Positions 25,701 through 36,508 of a stretch of 64,000 nt of DNA are shown in pieces. The DNA lies in assembly GCA_977016875.1 (NCBI GenBank), contig CDRNST010000086.1:1674001-1738000 (forward strand), given 5' to 3'. Both the position numbers and the translations under genes were made by a program. The notes below the pieces were generated by a model. The model made no database searches, was not told where the DNA came from, and saw nothing but the letters and a program-made list of their open reading frames with translations. The number at the start of each line of letters is the position of its first letter. Positions within the stretch are counted from its first letter, which is position 1. This DNA is from Pavona decussata (taxonomy: Eukaryota).

Positions 25701-28700
25701 AGCTTTGATTAGTGGACCACCTGACCAAATGCAGCTAGAAGAAGGGGTAAATACTGTCGTCAATCCCAAAACTGACATGAGAATTTACTGCCGCCCTTCA
25801 GCCAACTTGTGTGAAAGTCCCATAACATTAAATGTTAATTTATCGTTGACAAGCTAATTCTAACTTTAATCACTTGATTCAATCTTTCATCTATAGACTT
25901 ACTCTTCTTTGGCTAACGTTGTGCCAGTTTCACAACTATATGGAAATAGAGGTACAAGTTTATTTGCCACGTAAAATATACACAATATAATAACTAACGT
26001 TGGGCAAATTGCATGATGTGAAAATTAAGGTTGTACTCACCTTTCAGGTAATAAAATCAGTGTTGGTGTCCTGAACATCTTTTCTCTCATACAGTTGTTT
26101 GTTAAATAAAGGGTTGGGAGCATAACCGACCTAAATGCATTTCAGATCTCATCACATTTTGTTGTTTTAGGTCAGATTCACATCCGGAGTTTTTCCATGT
26201 CATGTTTTGTCCGCTGCTTTTCACTTCATGTGCAATAAAAACCTGTGATTGTGGGCAAGATTTCTGTTTTTATCGCAAAACGAACCACGAAGCGTAAAAC
26301 ATTGGAGCAATGTTTCAAAACCTATGATTGTGGGCAAGATTTCTGTTTTTATCGCAAATTGAAGCAGGAAGCATAAAATATTGCAGCAACGTTTTAAAAC
26401 CTATGATTGTAGGCAAGATTTCTGATATAACAATGTCAAAAAAGAAACTGGCCTTCCCTCGTCCACTTAGACCTTTCTAAAGTAATGAAACCTTGCTCCC
26501 TTACTATACCTTTAGTGGTGATTTCAGACTGTTTCTAGGTAGCTCCTGTGTCTTTTTTTACTGAGACATTATAGTGAGAGGTTATGCAATGTTGCACAGG
26601 TTTTTAAGGTATTTCTCCCAGTTGTTCCCACTTTCCTGTCCCCCCACTGTAGCGTTATTTTAAATTGCATTTACTGGGACAACTGTAAGTGATTATTTTA
26701 AGCCATCGCCTTCAGACAGCCTTACCGAAATGCTGCAATTCCATTGGACAGTTTGGGAATGGGTTATCAGACTGACCAGATCTAGAGTGCTGTTAGGGAC
26801 CCTAAGTAGCGGCGATGATTACGACTCCAACGAGAACTTTAGAAAACAATAGTGTTAATTGGCGAAACACCGGTCCTGCACGTGTGTTATACACGTTGGT
26901 ACATTTCTTTGTCGTTGCCCACAAACAGCAACGTGAAATGACCAAATTCAAGGTTTTATGGAGAACGTGGCCACACGAGGGTAGATTCTGAACTCGAAAG
27001 CCACCCCTATGAATTCAGTTCCTGGTTAGGTCGGCCACATTACGTAAATTATATTAGTTGGAATAGGCGCCTTTTGATATATTAAAATTCAGCTTGACAG
27101 TGAGGCCAAGAGGACACAAACAATGGAAATTAAATAATCATGTTTATTCCTTTCGGTTGTTTGTGTCCTCTGAGCCTAGATATCAAGTTGAATTTTAATA
27201 TTTCGAAAGGAACCTATTATTACAAGTTAGTTCAGAGAATGCAAAATCAAGTTTAGTTACTACGGTCACTTTACCTAATGCCAGCCTTCAACCAACTTGT
27301 GCGAGAGGCGCATAACATGTGAGTGGCATGCCAATGCTAACTTTAATTACTTGATTCAATCTTTCGTCTATAGACTATGGATTTTCCTTTCTCTTTCTGA
27401 ACTTGAAAGCTGCTCCTATGAATTCAGTTCCTGGTTAGGTCGGCCGCATTATGCAAATTAAATTAGTTGGTATTGTCGTTTTCGGTAACCTAAAAAATTA
27501 ATTTTACGTTTTCTGAACTGTTTTGCAATAATACCAACTAATTTGCCTTGCGTAATGTGGGGTATCTTTGCTGTCTAAGGTCCCTATTAGTAATACAAGA
27601 AATATTGCATCGGACACTTAAAAGAGAAAAATGTGTAAGTGTATGTTATTGTCATTGTGGTCCATACCTCAGCTGATTTGATTTCTCTTTTCTGTTTTAA
27701 GCTTCTGCCAGTATACAAGCCTGATACTGANNNNNNNNNNNNNNNNNNNNNNNNNNNNNNNNNNNNNNNNNNNNNNNNNNNNNNNNNNNNNNNNNNNNNN
27801 NNNNNNNNNNNNNNNNNNNNNNNNNNNNNNNNNNNNNNNNNNNNNNNNNNNNNNNNNNNNNNNNNNNNNNNNNNNNNNNNNNNNNNNNNNNNNNNNNNNN
27901 NNNNNNNNNNNNNNNNNNNNNNNNNNNNNNNNNNNNNNNNNNNNNNNNNNNNNNNNNNNNNNNNNNNNNNNNNNNNNNNNNNNNNNNNNNNNNNNNNNNN
28001 NNNNNNNNNNNNNNNNNNNNNNNNNNNNNNNNNNNNNNNNNNNNNNNNNNNNNNNNNNNNNNNNNNNNNNNNNNATTAGTGAGCTTGAAGAGGCTCGTTA
28101 CAAAAAATTACGTGTATCTACCAATGAAAAAATCTACAACAAATATGTATCAATAAAATGTAAAACCTAAAAAGTCTACAACAACAAAGCATTTAATAAA
28201 ATCTAAAGCTAAAATAGATAGAAGGCCTATGATAAAGATCCAATCAATACATTGCGTCTAAACTTGCTCTATATATATTACATATATTTTTTACATGTTC
28301 TGAGACCAATCCTTAACCCTTTTCAATATTTCCTTTTCATAATTGCGCTTTTTTTTTTTTGGGTCATCCTTGAGCTTACCTAAATTTGTAAATTTGTACA
28401 GCACGTAATTCCATCACGAGATGATCAAATGCTGTTTACAGTATGGAGACACTCTCCAGATCAAATTGGAATTTGGAAATGATGGTTTTAAAGAGAGGAG
28501 AAAACTGGAGTACCTGGTGAAAAACCTCTCGGAGCAAGGAGGAAAACCAGCAATGAACTCAACCCACGTTTGATGCCGAGTCTGGGAATCGAACCCGAGC
28601 CGCATTGGTGGGAGGCGAGTGCTCTCACCACTATGCAATCCCTGCTCCCCGCAAAATTTACGCGGCGGACTTGCCAAACCGGGGCGTGTCCACCTGACTG

Positions 28701-31700
28701 GACAAATAAAAGTACATGCCAACCTGAGGAAATAGTAATGTTTTGTGGCATTACCACTGGGGGAACCTGTAGTCGTGCCAAAAATAGGCCTTCTGTTTTC
28801 TCAGGCTATCCTTTGGTTGAGGAAACCTTTTCCCAATGGGCTTGTAACTTGACCAAGTTTCAAAGATTGCCAAGGATTGACCCTGAGATTTAAGGCTCCA
28901 GTTTTTGTCATTTGTAGAATGAAAATAGAAGTTTACCTATAATCCTATGGAATCTGTTTTCAGGAAATCCATGATGGGAAGCTCTTTGCAAGAAATGTCC
29001 GAGAGCAAGTTGCAAGGTTTGATAAATGTTATTAGATATTTTAAGCATTCCTGCAGGGGAAATCTCATATAGAAGTGATGCGTGTACCTCTTGTACCTTT
29101 TGAGGGTTAAAATTTGTGTTTGTTGCAATACCATCTACTGATGTTTATTCAACTTGACCACCTTAAAGTTATTCTCAAACCTAACCAACCCAAAACGCCA
29201 GCTAAAAATTTACAGGGAGATTAACTACTTACTAGAATTGTTTCCTTTCAGGGCATTGAAGATAACTCAGTCTACGCCCACAAATTACAGTGCAACGAAC
29301 TCAACCTGGGCCACCGAAAAGACCGACACTTTGAAACTTAAAGAAATGTTCTCCTTTTTGTTTGCTTTATAAACTACCAAAACCAGACTCCTTTGTTGTA
29401 AACGTGACCTGTGATTGGCTGATCGGTTGAGTTCGTTGCTCTGTAAAACAACTTGAGGGGTTTCGTTTTATTTTCGACAAGCATCCTGTTCATATGGAAG
29501 TTCCTCCTATCGATTTCGCTAGCCTGGCCGGTCAGTTTGAAAATGGCATGCGAGATTTTGTAGAGAGTTAGCTCTAAAGACTCTTTAAAATGCACATTCT
29601 AGGAATGGTTTGTGCCCGCATTTTGAAGGAGTTCGAGCAACTAGCATTCACCTGAGCCAGTTCTTAGCTTGTGAAATAACCGGTCTGACCAGCGTAAAAC
29701 TTGTTTTCTCTCGTTGCTGATGTAGAGTTTTAAATGTTCCTGTCACGGAACACACATATGAAGACACAAGGCTGATGGTTCAAGCATCGCAACAGAACTT
29801 GCCATCCATGGCTGGGCTGGTGGAATACCAGAAAATAAGCAACAAATTGAGGTGAGAGCTGTGTTTGCTGTTACACTTAAAATACATTGGGTCCCTCGAG
29901 TGTGTTGATTGTGTAACTTCTTCACTGACACATAAACCCCTTTAAAGTGAAGGTGAAGCAAATGGTAAATAGACAGTTGGACTAGCATTCTTTTGTGTTA
30001 GCCAGCTATCTTTATTTCCTTTTTCTTTTCTTGGAAAAAAAAGCCGAGACTTTATTGTGGCTTAGCTGAAAAATCGAGACTGCACTTTCGTGGTTGTTTT
30101 TAACGTACAGAGGAAGAGAGCTGTGTGGACAAAAATATGAATGGGATTTTTTTTTTCGATTCTTATACGAGTCTCGAGAACAACATTAGCATTTGATCAA
30201 GCAAATAAAAAAAATTCTATCATATAAACTTTAAAATCTGTCTTCGTGAAATCCAGTCCGGTGGAAACTTTGTCGCTCGACACACATGCTTCGCTCCTTG
30301 AGAAGTCGATTTTTTGGCAAGTCTAGCGACGTCTGAATTTGCATTTGATTTTTGTCACAGTATCAGAATTGACAGCATGAAAGAGCTGCTGAATAGGTTT
30401 GCTGTAATAGACTCCAACAGGGATGGACTGGTTGATTTGGAGGAGTTTGCCGAGTATCTTAACCTACCTGTCACTCGTCACATCAAACATCTGTTCTCCC
30501 TGTATGACAGGGTAAGTATTTACACTTCATGATTGCTAGAGCGGTTTTCAATTCAGTGTCGTAAAACCAAAACCAAAGTAATTACTCTAGCCAATCGCAA
30601 CAGATGTAAACAACGCAACGAGTTAATCAGAATCCGAAGCAAATACATGTAACTGGCGCCAAGCGCGGGAAAACGCGGCGTGCGGCCAAAACACGATTGG
30701 TGTTGGTTTGGATTCCATTAGTTGAGAAAGTGGCGCGAGTTTTGTTAACCAATCAGAGCTTAGTAATGCAAAACCAAAGGAAACGCGAAATTACTTTCGA
30801 CACTCAGCTGAAAACCGCTCTAACAATGTTAGTACATTAAAAGCACTTGTGGAGGCACAGTTTTGTAGTAGTCAGGGAGGCCAGTAAGCTTTGGAGAAGC
30901 TGGCCTCACAAGGAAATTAAGTATCAGGTTAGGAACAAAAGAAAGTCTCCAAGCCTTGTTGTCTTTTAACCATTCTTTTAAGGACGGTGGCTGGCCATAA
31001 TATTCGACTGCCAGCCACTGATTACAGTAACAGCAAACCCACTGATGTAGTTTGCGTGTTTTTCAGGATGACTCCGGCTACTTGGATTTCCGTGAATATC
31101 TGATTGGCCTGGCGCTAGTGTCCCAACCAGCCAACTCTGAAGAGGTGATGCGGGTGGCTTTTGAAGTAAGTTGCCAGCAAACACTTGAACTGTATTTATA
31201 AATGCAGAAAGAGTGGACATTATTCTTTCATTACCAGAAGGTGTTAAACAGTATTTTCCTGTAGTGCTGTTTATTATTCGCTACAAGGTGATTTTAACTG
31301 TCGACGGCCTTATGGATCATGATTGAATCCTAAAGTGAGACCATTCCATCTTAAGCTACTTGGCAGTACTTCCCGGTGTTGTTGCCGATTTAATAATGCT
31401 GGACAAGGTGATTGCAGCTTTTAACCGGCAAATCTTTAAAATTGAAGATAGCAAAGAATTAAAACTCGGAAACACGACATGCCACGCGGTACGAACGTTC
31501 TTAATAGCGAGATTAAGAATCGCGTTTGAGGCAAACGGTAAACGTGAGATTCGCGTTTATGTTTTCTTGAAATAAAGAGTACAAAGATGAAAATAGTGCA
31601 AACTAATTCTGGCTTTTTATACTAACGCAAAACTACTCGATTTGACAGAGAAACTGAAAACAGCAAGCGGCAAATATAGGATAAATGGTCACGTGGTCAC

Positions 31701-33304
31701 ATCTCACGTTTTTGCCGTTTGCCGTAGACGTCATTCTTAATCCCTCTAATAACTCTCAACGTGTCGTCGCCAACAAAGATAGCTTAGGTTGCTCGTGGTA
31801 ACTCCCGGTGAGGACGCGGAAGTCTTACAAAGTGTCTGATTTACAGCATATTTGTTCTCTTTTATGCTAGGCGTTTGATATGAACGGTGACGGCAGAGTG
31901 GACGAAACAGAACTGCGTCATATTCTTCAGAGCGCATACCCTTCCATAACAGACCTGAATGTGAACTGCTTGTTTAATCAGGTGGATGTAAAGCGCAGAG
32001 GAGCTGTAACCTACGGTGAGTGCAGGACAACATTTCAACTAATCTGTAGCCTGCTCTAGGCTTTCAGATAGTGGGTAGCGGCGCGAAGAAAACTGCTTTG
32101 CGAGCAAATCATAATTGGGTGAGGAGAGAAGGCGAGAGAACGTACGCTTGAACCCCCCCCCCCCCCCCCTAGTCTTTCTCGTTATTTCGCGCCGCTCCCT
32201 ACTAGGGAACTTAAGCAATGATGACGGCAACAACAACGCCACAAAACAATAGGTGTAATGGGGAAAAACAATCGCTCTGTACGTGCGTTTTAAATTTTGG
32301 TACATTTCTTTGCCGTCTTCTGCAAAACCGAACAACGTTAAATAGCCAATTCCAAGGTTATGGGGAGACCTTGTGCTTTTTCATTTTCTTTCTTGATTTG
32401 AAAGCCGTTCGTACCAATTTTGCTCCTGGATTGTTCGGCCACATTATACAGTTTGAACGGGTTGGAATAATCGCGATGAGATGAAATAGCGTGGAGTGCT
32501 ATTTAAGAGACGTTTTCGTTCGCGTTGCCTTCGTCGCTGTTATCTGAACACCTAGAGCTGGCTAACTGACTTGCGATCGGGTAAACTTGATGTTGCATTT
32601 GAACTTGGTTTTTCATTCGTGAGCAAGCGATGGTAGTGATGATTCTTTCTCGGTATATGTAGCTGAACGCGTTGGCTATGGTGTATTTTCTCTACCAGTT
32701 TGGTGTTTATTGACTAATCATTTGTGGAAGAGCGCGCTAGTCAAGTGTTCGGTGTACAATGTCCTAGTTAACTTGTGTCTGTCTCCGTCCAAGTGCATAA
32801 ATTAGTAACAGAGAATTGTGTGGGACCTCCCAAAATATCGGGTGTAACCCTTTGATGGGCCGGGGAGTTCTTCTACTCCTATTTGTTTCTAGCCTGTAGT
32901 GCATGGGGAGCGGGACGAAGAAAAACAAATGGCGTGGGAAATACGGCATTTATTGTCTCGCTATTTGTTTGTTTGTTTGTTTGTTTTTTATTAATTTATT
33001 TTATTTTCGCCGCTCCGCACCATCTGAATGCCTGTAACAGGCTGAGTTATTTCATGCTTCAGAAACCGGGTTGACGGTGTGGGTGACCTGTGACCCGAAT
33101 GTGACTTTAGCCATACTTGAGTTATGATTTATAGCAGATGTAATTAATTTACTCCGATTCTTTGCAGAGGAGTTTCGTGATTTCGCGCTGTCTCACCCGG
33201 AGTATGCTGTCCTGTTTACACAATTCAAGAAAGATCAAACGGATTCAGCGAGTGCGAACAGCAGTCCAGACCAGGAACACGTACAGCTGGAGGCTGAAGC
33301 ATAA
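19764..33304 (+). CDS. LPCAT2: Lysophosphatidylcholine acyltransferase LPCAT1/2-like, paralogue B (15 exons, ~512 aa; intact EF-hands)
   Basis: Exons: 19764-19877, 21602-21744, 22850-23067, 23811-23942, 24036-24077, 25154-25212, 25368-25402, 25897-25951, 27702-~27731 (end falls in the N gap), 28964-29016, 29726-29851, 30361-30511, 31067-31165, 31871-32015, 33168-33304 (TAA). Motifs: [39 protein letters not shown], EF loops DSNRDGLVDLEE, DRDDSGYLDFRE, DMNGDGRVDETE. The symbol denotes the LPCAT1/2 family. Confidence 0.9.
20690..20878 (+). mobile_element. Penelope-like solo repeat (family 1) with a decayed hammerhead core
   Basis: ACT-CTTGCAA-A-GGGC-TAAG-GCTC-GAAA-CAT-C-AGC at 20694-20727, then TCAACTCTGTTGATAAACCAA ... 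TTAGAAATTAACCCC (reverse complement of the 10947 and 33443 copies). Confidence 0.65.
20963..21340. mobile_element. MITE with CATAAG/CTTATG sub-repeats
   Basis: GGTTTTCACTAGGACATAAGC ... GCTTATGTCCTAGTGAACACC inverted ends. Confidence 0.7.
21845..22101. mobile_element. Foldback MITE with ~95-bp TIRs and a decayed 9-bp TSD
   Basis: CATCCTCAGAGACCCAGGGGCAGTTAGTCGGGTAGCAGGGATTTTTG...AATTACTCTT mirrored at the right end; flanks TGTCCTTCA / CATCCTTCA. Confidence 0.88.
22578..22807 (+). mobile_element. tRNA-derived SINE
   Basis: Pol III A box TGGCGCAGTGG, B-box-like GGTTGGATTCC, central TCCGGAGTACTCCAGTTTTCCCC, 3' TTCCAATTTGATCTGGA. Second copy at 28431-28650 (-). Confidence 0.85.
26238..26425. 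repeat. Tandem repeat, ~79-bp unit, ~2.4 copies
   Basis: AAAACCT.TGATTGT.GGCAAGATTTCTG recurs at ~26238, ~26317 and ~26396. Confidence 0.85.
27062..27217. mobile_element. Hairpin MITE nested inside the 26795-27585 element
   Basis: AATAGG..CCTTT.GA.ATATTAAAATTCA.CTTGA ... GAGGACACAAACAA / TTGTTTGTGTCCTC ... TCAAGTTGAATTTTAATAT.TCGAAAGG..CCTATT. Confidence 0.8.
27731..28074. other. Assembly gap (344 N)
   Basis: N run; it hides the last base and donor of LPCAT-B exon 9. Confidence 1.
28431..28650 (-). mobile_element. tRNA-derived SINE (same family as 22578-22807)
   Basis: Minus strand reads GGGGAGCAGGGATTGCATAGTGGTGAGAGCACTCGCCTCCCACCAATGCGGCTCGGGTTCGATTCCC, with a canonical B box. Confidence 0.85.
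30537..30822. mobile_element. MITE (TAGAGCGGTTTTCA TIR)
   Basis: TAGAGCGGTTTTCAATTCAGTGTCG ... CGACACTCAGCTGAAAACCGCTCTA. Confidence 0.8.
31505..31748. mobile_element. MITE (TAG.GAGATTAAGAAT TIR)
   Basis: TAGCGAGATTAAGAATCGCGTTTGAGGCAAACGG ... CCGTTTGCCGTAGACGTCATTCTTAATCCCTCTA. Confidence 0.78.
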
Positions 33305-33549
33305 AGTCCGTGCAGCTTTTTAAAATAAATCTACAGGTGCGGGGAAGGGGGACAGCGGGGGAGGATTGGTTTGGAGGATTGGTTGGATTCAGGGAAGGGA
33401 GAAATAAGAAAAAATGCAATATAGACTAATATTTTGTGTAAGAGGGTTAGTTACTTGAGAAATTGTGGTGCTGCGTTGGTAGGGGAGGAGAAACAAATGT
33501 CTGGTTTTATCAACAGAGTTGATATTGGCCACCATAAAGAGATTCGAGT

Positions 33550-33583
33550 GCTGACGTTTCGAGCGTTAGCTCTTCCTCAGAGC
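33550..33583 (-). ncRNA. Minimal type I hammerhead ribozyme motif within a Penelope-like repeat (33443-33660)
   Basis: Minus strand: GCU-CUGAGGA-A-GAGC-UAAC-GCUC-GAAA-CGU-C-AGC. CUGANGA and GAAA cores, perfect stem II, 3-bp stem I, palindromic stem III, GUC cleavage triplet. Confidence 0.78.
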
Positions 33584-35494
33584 GATTACGTCAGTTCTCG
33601 AATCTCTTTATGGTAGCCAAATTACCCATCAACTCTTTTGTTAAACCAAACATTCATGATATTTTGTGTAGTTCTGGCTTTCGCTGTAGGTACGGCTGAG
33701 CTGTAAATGAATATTATACTTTTTTAGAACCGGCTTAATCCAGAAAGTACCATGGTATATTTTCAATTGGCCAATATTTGGAAAAATTACAAGGTTTTTA
33801 ACGGTTTTTTAGTGTGATTTGTAAAAAATTGCCAAATTTTTTCACATGATGTATCGTATGATTGCGTTGCCGGAGATAATAGTCATATTTGATTAAGAAA
33901 AATAAAATGGATTGGTGTTTAGGAAAGTCGTTTTTGTGCGAAAACACTCAAATTTTTCACAAATCGGCGGGTTTACTTGCGGGCTTATTTTCGTGAGTTT
34001 TTACATGACGTCCCTGCTACAGCTTTGGCGAAATTGATGGGATTAATAGACAAACAACAAACAAGTGGAGGAACGAACAAAACAGATAATGAATCGAGAT
34101 TTCTCTTATCACAAGTAAACGGCCCTTGTTCAATTGGTATTTTTTTTTTTTTTTTTTTTTTTAGCTATTTAAGGTTTAAGGTACATATGGTACAGTCTCC
34201 TAGTCTTTAAGTTCTTGGGGAACTAAACATTTAAAACGTTGTAATGCAATAACGGTCAGTATTCAAAACAGAATGTGAAGAGTTGGTAGAATTCGTACAT
34301 GAGGTTGGCTTCCTTACTTAAAAGTTGCAAATAGAATTGCTACAGTTGTAGTTCCGCACAGAATTATTTATTATACATGTAATACACTAAAGTAGAGACA
34401 TCTATCCTAAATTTCGCTTAGGACGAAATACTCTTCGCGTAACTTAAGAGCACTATTCCGCAACACTTGCAGCAAAAATTTACCAAAAAGTTGTAAAATT
34501 TCGTACCATTTATTTTTGCTATACAGGTGTATAGCCACTGATATCCTGTAATATACTGGTAAGCTATTTGCCTGTACTGAAATGCTCAAAGGAAGATTTG
34601 GGGGAGAAAGAGAATGCACTGAGCTGATGAACTCAGAGTTAACTCAGGTGCTTTGGACCATTTTCGACCCCAGGACCTTTTGCGCTCGGTCATACTCAAA
34701 AGAAAAGAGGGCTGGGGTCGAGAATGCGTGTGATAGATCTTCTCGCTGCCGCCTGCACTCACCTGTGTCAGCGTATTTCTCTTTAGGCCCCTATGAAGCC
34801 TTAGGAGGATCTAACGATAGAGGAAGTTATTTATTTTTTAATGTATTCTGCGCCTTTGTAACGTAAAATTAGTTCGTGTATGTGTTTTCCATTTGTAAAG
34901 GACACAAGGCGAAGTGTAAAGAAGAATCAATTTGCGAAGTTCAAATAAAGCAACCTCGCTAATTTCCCTCGTCTTTATTCATTCACAACTGTCTAAATAC
35001 GTGGGCTTTTATTTTAAGAGTAATCCTAATAAGATGGATGCATGTCCTTTATTGGATTTAACGTGACAGAAAAATAGTCCCCTCAGTTAAAGTTTCTTAC
35101 CTCAGTAAATAAAGACATGTCATAAAACAAACTGATGACCCGACGGAACTTAAGCTGGGGTCATTAAAAGCTTATTCGTTTAATTAAGCCAGCTTCAACG
35201 TATTGACTCAAATTTAATCGTTTTCAGTAATGATTGAGTGAGTATCCATGACAACAGACCGAAACAACAACTATGGAGGCGGGCACTCAACTGTCCAAAC
35301 AGAGAATATTGTCCCGTGGACAACCTTTATAGATATAAAAGGCCAGAGGCGTGAATAAATTTTCAAAGGAAAGTAACAAAAAAACAAAAGTGAAAAAGCG
35401 ACTTGTATGGCAAAGCGAGCAAGGGCAATCATGAACGGCATCGGTGACGAAACTACAGTGCTGTGTTTATAGAGGCATTGAAACTGGGGGGAAT

Positions 35495-36508
35495 ATGGTC
35501 AGAAATATGCCCCCAGCGTCAACGAATTATACTTTTACAGCTCCGCAAAACCCGACCGAAATAAAAAGCGCTGTTTTCACAGCCGTCGGAGCGCTGGTAG
35601 TTGCAGTTACAATGGCAGTAACGATCATTGGCGATTGTTTGATTTTCGCTGCTTTTTTGTCCAGCACGAGTATCCGTACACGTGCGAACTTGTTTTTTCT
35701 GTCGTTGATAACTGCAGACATCCTCCAAGCCTTTACTGTGATGCCCTTGGAGTTAGTTCGTATCGTGGACTTTCCGTTGTGGCCGTTCGGAGTTGCGGCG
35801 ACAAAAGTTTGGAATTCTATGTTTGTTTGTTTTGGCACAGCTTCTGCGAGTACTTTGGCGGCCATTGGTGTGGAGCGGTATCTCGCTATCTCGCGTCCTT
35901 TTTTTCATAGTGCTGTTATTATCTCAAATAAGGCGCTTGCTGGGCTATGCCTTGTTTGGTTTTACGCTATCTCAAGTGGCATTTTAAGCTTTTTTGCTTG
36001 GAAAACCCCGGACCACGCCGAAGCGGACAAGTCTGGATTTTCTATTTCCATCTGCTACGGTATTCCACTGTTAATTTTCGACAATCTCGTACCATTGATC
36101 ACCTGTGTGATCACATACACCCTCATATTCCGAATCTCGTTAGATCACTCGTACAGGTTGGGTCTGCTGTGTGGCTGGACTTTGGATGGCCACAGGTTAC
36201 GCATTTCAAAGGACAGGAAGACTCTCAGGACTCTTAGCCTTCTTGTAGGCACGTTCACCGTGTGTTCTCTACCATTTTTCGTCTTTCACGCCGTGGACAG
36301 TGCCTACGAAGAGGGACTTCCTTATCGTCAATATGCGAGTTACATCGTAAAGTGGATGTGCTATGTTAACTCCGCGTGCAACTGGGCATTGTACAGTTTT
36401 CTCAACCAGGAGTTTAGAGACGTTTTGTTTGCTGTGTGTAATAAAGGCTACTTCCGTATTCATTCAGCGTTATGTTTTACGAAGGCTAACCGTGTGGCAC
36501 CACTTTGA
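35495..36508 (+). CDS. Intronless class A (rhodopsin-like) GPCR with an aminergic-receptor-like scaffold, orphan (~337 aa)
   Basis: Seven hydrophobic segments; N-glycosylation site NYT, LITAD (TM2), WPFG, TAS...ERYLAI (TM3), W in TM4, FTVCSLPFF (TM6), YVNSACNWALY..LNQEFR (TM7/H8). First ATG is 35495; the ORF-track start at 35444 is a GTG. Confidence 0.88.
   Translation: MVRNMPPASTNYTFTAPQNPTEIKSAVFTAVGALVVAVTMAVTIIGDCLIFAAFLSSTSIRTRANLFFLSLITADILQAFTVMPLELVRIVDFPLWPFGVAATKVWNSMFVCFGTASASTLAAIGVERYLAISRPFFHSAVIISNKALAGLCLVWFYAISSGILSFFAWKTPDHAEADKSGFSISICYGIPLLIFDNLVPLITCVITYTLIFRISLDHSYRLGLLCGWTLDGHRLRISKDRKTLRTLSLLVGTFTVCSLPFFVFHAVDSAYEEGLPYRQYASYIVKWMCYVNSACNWALYSFLNQEFRDVLFAVCNKGYFRIHSALCFTKANRVAPL

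Noticed and set aside
27639-28079. 146-aa ORF with an X run
   Set aside because: Translation through the N gap; only LLPVYKPDT is real (LPCAT-B exon 9).
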